64,000 nt of DNA from the human T2T-CHM13v2.0 reference genome, Homo sapiens: the NCBI RefSeq assembly GCF_009914755.1, contig NC_060944.1; one strand, written 5' to 3'. Both the position numbers and the translations under genes were made by a program. The notes under the pieces were generated by a model. It saw only the letters and a list, made by a program, of their open reading frames with translations. It was not told the DNA's origin and searched no databases. Each line of letters begins with the position of its first letter. Position 1 is the stretch's first letter. This document shows positions 16,412 to 30,124 of the stretch, piece after piece.

Positions 16412-16814
16412 GGAGTAACAGTCAGAATAGCTATACTGGGCTGCAAAAACAACGTCCAAATCTCAGTGACTTAAAATATAATTCTCACTAATGTTATAGG
16501 TCATACCTGCATCACCTGAAGATCTGCTTCACACACTCACTCAAACCTAGGTGAAAGGAACAAACCTAGGCAGATGGAGACTCCATCACCTGTAAATGCA
16601 CTACCTGAATCACATACTTCCCCTCCACAAGAACGAGGCCACCCTGCTGTTCCAGAAGGCTGTTTTACCACCTTAGCCTGAAAGTGACAAATATCATTAC
16701 CATTCCGGTCCCTGGCCAGAAAGAGCTACACATTCTTAGGCAACTACAAGGGGCCTGTGAAATATAGGGGAATATATGGATCTTCAGAGAGCATTAAGTT
16801 GAATGTCTCTGCCA
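16412..16814. mobile_element. MLT1-type MaLR LTR relic
   Basis: ctatactgggctgcaaaaacaacgtccaaatctcagtgacttaaa ... caactacaaggggcctgtgaaatatag ... tctctgccata. Confidence 0.6.
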
Positions 16815-17179
16815 TATCTGACTAAATCCAACTTTCCATGCCTGCACTTGCATAGCTAAGCCTGAGGCACAGCAGCATGACTGAGGGGTGACATGCATGA
16901 GCATCAAGGACCATCCATGGCCACTGAGTGGGAAAAATTAAAAAAAAAGAGAAAAGAAAAGAAAAAAGAAAGAAAACACCATCTGCTGAGGACGGCAGGA
17001 GGGAAAGGACAGACCTGAAAACCAAAGGGTACTGCTAGGTAGCCCGACTAGACCCAGTCTCTTCCCAGGCATCTGTTACACGAGGTTTTCTAATTTAAGT
17101 TTAAATTTAAAAACCTGCCGCTTTAGCAACGCAATTCAGTTCTCTTTTTTAAGGCTACATCCATTCCTATCATAAATAA

Positions 17180-17360
17180 TATAAAATTACCATTTAACCA
17201 TTTTTAAAGTATGCAATTCAGTGGCATTAAGTACATTCACACTGTTGTACAACCATCAGCACCATCTAGCTCCAGAACTTTTTCATATTCCCAAATGGAT
17301 ACTCTATGTATGTATATACCATATGTTCTTTATTCATTCATCTGTCAATGAATATATGGG
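17180..17360 (-). mobile_element. L1MB-like 3' end fragment
   Basis: aaaattaccatttaaccatttttaaagtatgcaattcagtggcattaagtacattcacactgttgtacaaccatc. Confidence 0.75.
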
Positions 17361-18139
17361 ACCAAATGCATTCTTAAACTATATACGTGGCTCTTTGCTG
17401 GTGATTGAAAATGGCTCAGAAAACTTTACACTGAAAGAAGACGACTTCTAGCTACTTTTTCCAATTCAAACATGCAACTCTGTGTTGATTCAAACATAAT
17501 TTCTGATAAGCTCATATACACATATTTATCAGATGCCATTAGCAGCAATACACGAAAAAGATCATTTGATCTGAGAATATTTATTTTAACTGACTTTTTT
17601 AGGGGGGAAACCCAGGATATATTTAATTACTTCCAACTACAGAATTTCGTTTTAGTTCATTTGAATAAAAAAAAAATACTTTAATACTTCATATTGTCTG
17701 AAAAATGGAGTCCTGCATATTTTAAAACCACCTTTTATCCATCTAAAGAATGACCACTTCCCTCAATCATGTGACACCACTTCAGTGAAGCCACCTTTAA
17801 ATCATCTGTTTTTGAATTTGTCTGGAATCCAGAAAAAGTTGGCAAAACCCCAAGGAAACTAGAAGAGTTAATTAATAAAGTATCTTTATTTTCCTGTCAT
17901 CTAAATCCTTCCAACAATGCCATTATTTCTCTAGTGGATACATTAGCTTACATTACAAAAAGCTTCTGTAACTTTACCCATAGGAGAAATCTGATATTTC
18001 TGTGTCAAGAAGCAGGGTCTTTTTTAAGAAGAGGACAGCTTGCACATTTTATTTACTCTATTCATTCATTCTCATTTTCTCTCCTCCTTCCCTCCCTCAC
18101 CCCTCCCACCCTCTTACACACACACCCCTACCTTAAGGC

Positions 18140-18360
18140 CTATAGGGTAAGGGTTAGTATCTGTTCTGCAGTGAGACTCATGTTTGAATCCAGCAGGGTG
18201 ACTTTGGGTTATTTAGGGCTCAGTTTCCATAGCTGTAAAATGGGGAATGGGATACCAACTACCTCACAGGGTTGTTTTGAGGACAAAATGAGAAAAATCA
18301 CATAAAGCATTTAGCATGGAGTTGACCATAGAGTAAGCACTTAATAAATACTACTATGAT
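18140..18360 (+). mobile_element. MIR SINE
   Basis: MIR core ctcagtttccatagctgtaaaatgggg...acctcacagggttgttttgagga...aagcatttagca...taagcacttaataaa. Confidence 0.85.
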
Positions 18361-20696
18361 GAAAATAACCATCTTAAGAAAAATTTTCTACTACTTTGCT
18401 GCCTCTCATCCTATTCTCTGTATGTTCCTTCTATTAAAGTGATTCTCAGCTAGCTTAACAATCATCACTGAGAGAGCCTAAAATAGAATTTAAAAGTTTA
18501 TCCTTTGCCTTGTAATTCTAAATGAAGGCTACTGCTTCAAATCAAGCTAAGCCTTTACATAGGGTAAAAATGACCACCTAGGTAAACCTATCATTATCAA
18601 AACAAAACAAATAGTATGGTAAAGATTTCTCTTAGCCTGGCAGGAAACATTTTAACTTGATTATCTAGAGACTGTGGATCATGCTTGACTTTTCTTATTT
18701 ATTCCTTTTATTTTCCCCAGTATCTAAAATAAAACCTATTTTTATTCTCCAACAGGTTTATTGCCCGACTTAAGATTACACTCCTGCGTTCACAATACTT
18801 TCTCTTAAGGCAAGTTAGTAAAGGGGAAAGCAAAGTTTCCCATGATGGGATTTGGCCCCATTCACTTCACTTCCCTGTATCTTGAGTACACGAGTTGATC
18901 AGAGTGAACATGAACAGATGCCATGGGTGTTTTATGTTGCCTGACCTTCATCACACATTTATAATTGTTTTTAACTTCAGCTCCAGTGATAGATGCAGCC
19001 TTTAAAACAAGATAATTAAATATAGGGATTGTGACAGCCCAACAAAATCATATTGTCAAATTAAGTTTTAGTTCCAAAAGGTAAAAGTAACAAACTGAAA
19101 AGCTTTTGCAATAAGAATAGAGAAACATCAAAATTTACCAATTCTTGGCTAACATGTAAGATATATCTTCATTGCATTTCTAGATTATTTTCAATCTTTT
19201 TTGTCTTCATCTAATGTAGTAGTAGCAGCAGTGGTGGGATGAGCCCCATTATTACAAAATGAAAATTAAAAGACCTTTATGTGTCCAGTTATTAATGTAG
19301 TGTTCTAATGGTTGAGGACAATAATATAATTGCTCCACAGGACCTCAAAATAAGATTAGGATTTTAAAATATAACTCATAATCTCACAGATCTTTCTTAT
19401 CTGTGCAGACTTTTTGTCTTCTAAACCACTCCCACCTCAATTCTAATACAAAGAGCCCCAGAGGGGAAAAAGTGAAGTTGCATTCACAGCAGAGACACAA
19501 CCCACATTCCTAGGCAGCCTCCTACAAAAGCACAGGCTCGACAGCAACAAAAGCTCACATTCAGTACCCCTGGCACACCACACGTCTCCAAGGATTACTG
19601 ATGATTTTGAAGTATTTATGTCATCTTATAAATGCTGCCATTCACTCTCACTGTGGCTAGTGGGCATCTGAAAAATCTTTCAACACATCCCCTCTTAGAA
19701 GTCCACAGGGATAGATAACTAATAAGAAAGGGCCTTTCCAAATTTAAAAGGAAACATTTGGTACTTCAGTTTCCAGTATTGCAACATCTCTTTTTCAACA
19801 AAGGAATTTATTACACAGTACGTCACCTTTTCCCTGTCAAAGGATTTACTGCCAATTTTGGAGTTGGGTTACTTCTGGTTTTCAAGCCTGTCTTGTGAAA
19901 TTAAAGAGAGAGCTACCTTAAAAGTGATAGGACACACATGATTTCAGTCTTCACAGTGTCCCTATGGTTATCAAACCTGGAACCTATTATATACAAGGGG
20001 AAAACATAAGGAGCTTCATAAAGAGATGGAATAAGTGGTGAAGATGTCTAATCCAGTCACATCTTAAGGTTATAGCTCACCGACACATATTTAGCGTTTC
20101 CCAAATATTCAGAGTTCTCTGTAATCCACAACTTGTCTCATACTTTGGTTATTTATTGTAATGTATCAAAAACAACTCAGGCTTTTCAATTTTTTCTGTG
20201 ATAAATAATAACCAAAAGAAAAACCAATTTTATAATTATCTCCTAGAGATATCATCTCTTACAAAGTAGGGTGTGATTGATATATGCGTTAGCATTTCAT
20301 AATTATTTTTAATATAGAGAAATATTATCACAGTTATGATTAAACACAGATATCTAGAGCACGGTGCTAGACATATAGTACATATACTAAGTGCTTTATA
20401 CATATATTAGTTTTTATCACTACTGCCAATTTTATTGAGGATATAACCAAATCACACACTCATACGAAAAATCCCAACTGTCTAAATAAGTAGCTCCATA
20501 AATAGGAAAGGTTCCAGTTTTATGAACGCAAATACTTTCACAGATTAAAACCTTTTTGAAAAAAACTAAAACCAAAAAAACAAACAAACAAAAAAACCTT
20601 CAACAAACATGAGTAGTGAAAACGCTTCATCCCATCTACCATGTCAGAGGAAGTGTGTAATTGACAAAGCTTCAGCCACTCTCTTTTCCTTGCTCT

Positions 20697-21205
20697 TCTG
20701 GGTGTGTCTGTGAGGGTGCTGCCAGAGGAGACTGACATTTGAGTCAGTGGATTAGGAGAGGAAGACCCACCCTCAATGTGGGTAGGTGCTATCCAACTGG
20801 CTGCCAGCACAGCAAAGACAAAGCAGGGGGAAGAAGGTGGGATAACTTTGTTTGCTGGGTCTTCTGGCTTTTCCCTTTCCTATACTGGATGCTTCCTCCT
20901 GCTCCTCCTGCCCTTGGACATCATACTTCAGGTTCTTCAGCCTTTGGATTCCTGCACTTACACCATTGGTTTGCTGGGGGCTCTTGGGCCTTTGGCCACA
21001 GACTGAAGGGTGCACTGTCAGCTTCCCTGGTTTTGAGGCTTTCGGACTCAGACTGAGCCACTACTGGATTCTTTCTTCCCCAGCTTGCAGATGGTCTATC
21101 CTGGGACTTCACCTTGTAATCAGGTAAGCCAGTTCTCCCTAATAAACTCCCTTTCATATACATAAATATCCTATAAGTTCTGTCCCTCTGGAGAACCCTA
21201 ATACA
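20697..21205 (+). mobile_element. MLT2A-like ERVL solo LTR (5'-truncated)
   Basis: ctgggtgtgtctgtgagggtgctgccagaggagactgacatttgagtcagtgg ... aataaactccc ... ctgtccctctggagaaccctaataca (terminal CA). Confidence 0.88.
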
Positions 21206-23472
21206 CATCTCAATGTAGAAATTTACCCAATATTCATTTTGAGTGTTAATACAGGAGATAAAGCAGAACCTTGCTTTCTGTTCTAAATTATTTAAATTTA
21301 GTTACCTAAATTATAACACTCTAATTAGAGCATCAGGGACAAATGAACCCAGGGAAGGAGGAAAAAAAATCAGAGGCAACCATCACCAGTAAAAGTGGTA
21401 TTCTTATCTATGGTGGTGCTGCTAAGATTGTATCACTATATTGTATTTATCTGGGAAACAGAGTATATGTATAAGCATTAGATTTATCCACACCTGAGAA
21501 CTTCATTAGGAAAGTAGCCATAAAAGAAGCAACACTGTTTGTAATGTTCAGTTGATGCTCTTGTCAATCTTCTATCTGGATTCCTGTTCCATCAGAGAGA
21601 AGGATCACATATGAGGAGAACCAGCTCTGGCTGTAGAACCTGAAATGAGTCACTTATGACATCTATGCTTCAGCTTCCTCATTTGAAAAACTAAATGGCT
21701 TAGCTTTAATAGTTTTATATTCCTCACAAGACAAAATATTTACCACTGAATGTAGTTTTAGAACTTTAATAACTTGCTGGTTAAAATATAGTTAAGAGGC
21801 TTGCAATAGGCAGATGACTTGAGAAAACCCTTTTTAAAAGCTGTTAATTAATGAAAAAATATACTTAGATTAAATTCAATTATAGAAAACTTAATTTTTT
21901 TAGGGAGAAAGGGTCACTGACTCACTGACTCACTGATTAAATAATCAACTACTGTATATCTGGGGCTTTAGAATTATCTTGCAAGGAAAGTACTATCATC
22001 TCATCTGACAAACAAGAAAAGTGATTTGGAAGAACTAAGATTCTAAGATCCAAGTATTGTGACTCCTAGTAACATGCTCATTCCATAACAGTCACTGCAG
22101 AAACCAGGCTAATATCATCACATGAATAAAGGAGATATAAACAAAGAAAATCCAAAGCCCCAAAAATCTGAGAATATGGACAAGATCATAGTAATAATTA
22201 TCTGCAAATAAGGAGCACAACAGGTTCTGATACTAACACTTAGGACTGTAGATAGTCTCCAATTTTAACCAGAAAGTCCTATAAATAGTAAGTCACCAAG
22301 CACATCCCAACAAAATAAAATTAAAGATTTTATTTTGCCTCTAAGCCATGGTGTGCATTTCATGAGCCAGAAAAAAAAAACCAAAGCCAAAATGCAGTTA
22401 TAAACATCTACAAATATGCAGATGTCATGTAAAATATTTCACTATACATATTGATTATATATGTGGTATAAAGTCCACAAACAGAAAGAACATAAGCAAG
22501 ACAGTTATACTACACCATAAATCTAACCTATAACTACTGAGCCAGCCACATATATTAAATATTTAATTAATAATTTTCTTAATGACTTAAAATTTAGAAG
22601 TAATTTATTGGGGTCATTTTGATCTCTTTAAAAGCTGAAAAGGAAGTTTGAGCCGATGTTATTTCTCAATAAATTCCTCTGTACAAAGGAGAGGCAATAT
22701 AAATCATTTCATCAGCTTTAAAGCTGTACGCAAAGTTTAAAAACAACATTCAGTATTTAGAGGCCAAATAAAGTACCATAGAAAAAAGTCTTAAATCTGC
22801 TCACCAGTCATTGCTTATCCCTTTCTCTATTCAATACAGTATCAAGGGAAGTTTTGAGGGCAGGGAAAGACACACTGCTCTGAAGGAGGAAGGAGAAAAT
22901 AGTATTCATATTTTATTCTCTACATCTGGGTAGAATTTAAGGAATATCAATACAGAAATTGTCCAAAAGCTGTCTTACCACCAACTAGAAAAATTATCAG
23001 ATGAAAGTAGCAGATAAAAGAAGAAAGGGGCAAAATACAGGAAGGCCACCTCAAATGAGTTAGGTAACAAAAGACAAATAGACAATATACAATTTGGGAC
23101 TCTTCAAGGTTTTCATTTGACACTATTACTAAGAAATAATAACAGGAAAAGAAGGAACTATATCAACTTGTATTACTTGTTAAATTTATTTATTTAATTT
23201 ATTTTAGCCAGCAAGTTAACTTACAGTTTTATTCAAAATTACCTAAGACTGTGCTTCCCAATCTCTCTCAGGTCATGAGAAAAAGATATATCTTGGACTA
23301 AAATGTTTCATATAGTCTCAGGAAATTCACAGAATGCCCCATAAAAACCAATATATAGATTCCATAGGGTCTACAAATCCCAAATTAAGAAACCACATGG
23401 CTATAATTTTATTTAAAAATCTATAAGCGTATGGTTTTAAACCTGTAGGCTAAGGTTTCAATTTGATTTTGA

Positions 23473-23809
<337 letters not shown>

Positions 23810-25059
23810 CTACAGTGATACTATCATCGCCTAGAGGCTAACATGAAAATTGCAGTAAAAATTTGGAAACTAGATTATTATGTTAAAATCACATTTCCTA
23901 CTTAAAAAAAAAAAGGAGGAGGAGGATCATTGGAGAAATGGCTGGTTCTGGGTCTCTGGGTCTCATAAAAGATGTATTCAAGAGGAGTCTGAGGCATCTT
24001 GTTCTACCCAAAAACAAGAAAATTACCAAAGATAGTAAAGTCAAAGATCACAGAAACCAACATAAAGGGGCTCCAGTGCCAAAAGATGGACAATTTTACC
24101 AGCTAAAATAATGGTTCTAAATCCTCTAATATGTCTCACAAGCCTCCAAAACAGATCCCTGAAATTTCCACTTCTAGTTAGGATGAAGAAACTTCCAAGA
24201 GTCCAGCACTCCCACTGTAATAACAATAGCAAGCCAGATAAGCTACAGTCATGGGTTTTTTAACGAAAATGCACAAATATCTCAATAAACCTAATTCCAA
24301 AAAAGACAAGCCTTTCCTATGAGAAAACAGAGCCATGGTCTCTTCTATTCCTAAGGAAGCAGTGGAAAAAGAATAAATGCTGTAGATGAGGACAAGAAAT
24401 TAGTTGAACTTTAATAAACTTCAAATGACTACATGTGAGCTACCATGATGCATCAGAATCAAAAGAAACCCCATTCACTAAACAAGGCTGAATCCATTCA
24501 TCAATTCTTTCCTACAGGTCTTCACTAATAGCTCCAAAAATGTAGGGTAGAGCAGGAGAGCTGAAAGATATCCACACCCTGAGGTGCATAAGTTCTTTGG
24601 CAAGTGAAAAGCAGCAGCATTTTGAAGTCTGGGGACACAACAAGAGAGCTGAAGGAGAAGAGCCAACCTGGATGCAGAGAGCCATCACTTACTGCAAGGC
24701 AGCAGCCACCAAGCAATGGGAAAAGTAAAAAAGAGCTGAAAGAAATCCCTCAGAAGCACACTGGATCTTCCCTAAGTGCACTGCAACTGTCCACCAAAGT
24801 GTGAGACCAGAGTGGTAAGACAAAGGAAGATCTCATAGGTGGGTGAAAGTAAAAATATCCCCAGTGACCCAATAAGCTGAAAGCTAGGCTGTAAAAGACA
24901 GAAGGCAAGAGAAAGAGAGAAATTCCCCCTTCCTAAAGCTGACAGCTGGTCTATAAATAGATAAATAGATAAAGAGATATCTGGAGTTTTGCTGGTGCTC
25001 GGATCCCAGCCTTTGCTGAATAGTAAGACTTGACACTACCATCAGAATATCTCAAGCCA

Positions 25060-26890
<1,831 letters not shown>

Positions 26891-26924
26891 AAAGAAAGAG
26901 AAAAGAAAAGGCAACGCAAGGCAA

Positions 26925-27168
26925 AGCTGTTAGTTACTTCACCCAGTTTTTGAATTTTGTTGAACAGACTATGATACTTGGAGCATCTGCAGCCACCTTA
27001 TGACCATAAAGGGGCAAGCCTGAGTACCAAAGTCAAGAGTTGAGGATGGTGGAGCAGAAAGACGGAAAGGAATGGAGTCTTTGATGCTGAATAAACCAAC
27101 CACCAACCACCGAAGCACCTTTCTTGAGAATTTCTCCTGTGAAATAATAATGCTTGTTATTTAAGCCA
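26925..27168. mobile_element. LTR16/MLT1-like LTR relic
   Basis: ggagcatctgcagccaccttatgacc ... gaggatggtggagcagaaagacggaaaggaatggagtctttgatg ... ttgttatttaagcc. Confidence 0.55.
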
Positions 27169-27555
27169 AAAAAATGTAGTATATATAAACCATGGAATAC
27201 TATGCAGCCATAAAAAATAATAAAAATCACACCTTTTACAGTAACATGGATGAAGCTCAAGGCCATTATCCTAAATGAAATAACTCAAAAACAGAAAATC
27301 AAATACTATATGTTCTCTCTCATAAATGGGAGCTATACAATGAGTACACATGAACATACAGAAGGAAATAATAGACACTGAGGACTTCAAATGAGTGGAG
27401 GGTGAAAGGAGGATAAGGGTTGAAAAATTACCTACTGGGTAGAGTGTTCACAATTTGAGTGATGGATACACTAGAAGCCCAAACCTCACTATTATGTGAC
27501 ATATCCATGTAACAAACCTGCACACACACACCCTGGACCTATAAAAACAAAAATA
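27169..27555 (+). mobile_element. L1PB-like 3'UTR fragment
   Basis: ccatggaatactatgcagccataaaaa ... gagtgatggatacactagaagcccaaacctcact ... catgtaacaaacctgcac. Confidence 0.85.
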
Positions 27556-27699
27556 CATATATAAATGTTTTATATGTATAAAGGGCTGAAATGTTTTATA
27601 TGTATAAAACATTTATATATGTTTATATGTATAAAGCATCTATATAAAAATGTGTGTGTGTGTCTGTGTATGTGTGTATATATATATATACACTCAATT

Positions 27700-30025
27700 T
27701 GTCATACTAGATGCATGGAATAAGAAAGACTGTACCCTTTTTCAGAGGCAAATATCTTCTGCAGTCTCTTCTGTTTTCAAATATAATGTTTAGTATACAA
27801 TCAATAATTATAAGACATATGAAAAAGTAAGAAATAGTGTGACTGGGAAACAAGAGAAGGAACAGGCAACAGAAGTAGACTACTAATAGCCCAGATGTTG
27901 GAATTATCAGATAAGGTTTTTAAATGAAAAATAATTTATGTAAGTGAAAAAAATATTCCTAAAAGATGGGAAACTCCAACATAGAAAACCTATTAAAATA
28001 AATCAAAAAGAAATACACAAAATGAAAAAGTATCACAAGTGAAAATGCATTCAGTGGGCTTTAGAGCAAGCAAAAGACAGCAAACAAAAGGATCATTGAA
28101 CTTGATATAGTCATGAGAAATTATCCAAACTGAAATACAAAGAGGAAAAGAATGAATAAATAGGAATGTGGTATCCAATGTCTGTAGAACAATATCGAAT
28201 GCATATAACCGCAGCCCTAGAAGTAAAAGAGAGAACACGCCAGAATAAATAACTGAAAATATAATAGCTAAGAATTTTCCACACCTAACAACCCAATAAC
28301 CTCAGAAAACTCCAAAATGGATAATGCAAATACTATCACATTTAAGGACACCATAGTAAAACTGCTGGAAAGCAAATATGAAATATTAAAAACACATGGG
28401 AAAAAAAGATACATTACATACAAAGAGACCACTACAGATACTTCTCACCAGAAACAATGGATGCAAAAAGATAGTGGGATGACATTTTTTAATTATTGAA
28501 AGAAAAAAGCCAACACAGAATTCTCTATGCAGAGAAAACATCCTTCAAAAGCAAAGGGGAAGTAAAGATATTTCTGATAAACAAAGCTGGGAAGACTCAT
28601 CATCAGGAAACATGAAATATAAAAATACTAAAGGGCATTTGTTTAGGTTAAGGAAAACAATACCAGAGAGAACCCTGAGCTCTTTCTTTAAAAAGAAAGC
28701 ATCAGAAAGTGGAACTCATTCAGTAAGTTTAAAAGTATATATATTTAGTGTGTGTGAGTACATGTGTAAATTTTTTAAAAGACAACTGAATATCTAACAC
28801 AATAATATATTTTAGAATTTGTAACATAATATGCCAAGAGCTCAAAGGATGGGAAAGAAATAATGAACTTAACTTTTTAAGTTTCTTGCATTGTCATAAA
28901 GTAACATTATCCTAAGTGGACCATGGTAAATTAATGATGTATATTATAATTCCCTACAGCAACTACAGAAAACATAATACATAGAATGATGGCAAAATAT
29001 TTACGGAGAAGAAAAGAACAATAAAACGAAAGAATAGAAAACAAAAAGCAAGGTGGTATATTTAGCCCAATTACATCAATACTTACATTAAACATAAATG
29101 GACTAAATACTCCATGTAAAAGGCACGGGTTATCAATCTAGAATAATCTTTTTATTAATAAATGGGAGACCCAATTGTTGTTTGTTTATAAGAAATATAC
29201 TTTACTATACAGACAAAATAGGCTAAAAGTAAAACAGATAAAAAACATATAGCAGACAAGTACTAAGGATAAGAAAGTTGCTCTGACTATATTAATATTA
29301 AACAAAGTTACATAAAAACAAAGCAAATTATCCAGAGACAAAGAGAATATTTTATGATAAAAGTGTCAATTATGAAAGTGTCAATTAATAGAAGACATAA
29401 CAATCTAAATGTGTGTACACTTAGTAACAAAGCATCTAAATAATGGGAAAAATATAATGGATATAACAGATTGAAATACATCAAATATATAAAAATCATA
29501 AATTAGTAATTTTATAAATGAGCAAATAAATAAATAGGAAATATTTTAATACATAAAATGAAACCTAATTGGATGTCTTAGGAGATTATCTGTGCATCAT
29601 CTCTTTATTTTGAAAAATAATACATTAAAAAAAGATGTGAACATCTTTTCTGCCTTTACTTTATGAACTATTCCTCTGGGTAGCCAAATAGATAAGCAAA
29701 AGGTCGTCTTTTTAGAAGAACTACAGTTAATAAATGCAGGAGAATGTATAAAACTCTGGCCTATAGTCACACAATGGAATATTAAACAACAACTAAAATA
29801 AATGCACTAGAGTGACATGGCAACTATATGGACAATTATAAAAGTATACTTAGTAAAAGAAGTAAAACACAGAGGACTATACAACATATGATACCATAGA
29901 CCTATAGGTCAATAAAAACCATAAAACTAACAATATATTATTTGGGGATGCATACATATATGATTAAACATTCTGCTTAAAGCAAGGGAATGATACACAA
30001 ATTTCAAAATAGTGGTTACCCATGG
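27700..30025 (+). mobile_element. Highly diverged L1M (ORF1/ORF2-like and 3' pieces)
   Basis: A-rich degenerate L1 motifs (cagatgttggaattatcagata, gaattctctatgcagagaaaacatccttcaaaa, ttacattaaacataaatggactaaatactcca). Confidence 0.65.
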
Positions 30026-30028
30026 AGA

Positions 30029-30124
30029 AGAATTTGTGACAAGGTAGGAGAGGGTGCAACAGTATTATTAATCAGAGAATTTGTGACAAGGTAGGAGAGG
30101 CTGCAACAGTGTTATTAATCAGAG
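30029..30124. repeat. 47-bp tandem duplication
   Basis: agaatttgtgacaaggtaggagaggStgcaacagtRttattaatcag at 30029 and 30076, with 2 mismatches. Confidence 0.95.

Noticed and set aside
20538-21208. Six overlapping ORFs on both strands
   Set aside because: All overlap the GC-richer MLT2 LTR, where stop codons are rarer.
29358-29390. 15-bp tandem duplication (aaagtgtcaatta twice) and similar micro-duplications at ~35017 and ~48918
   Set aside because: Ordinary slippage events inside decayed repeats.
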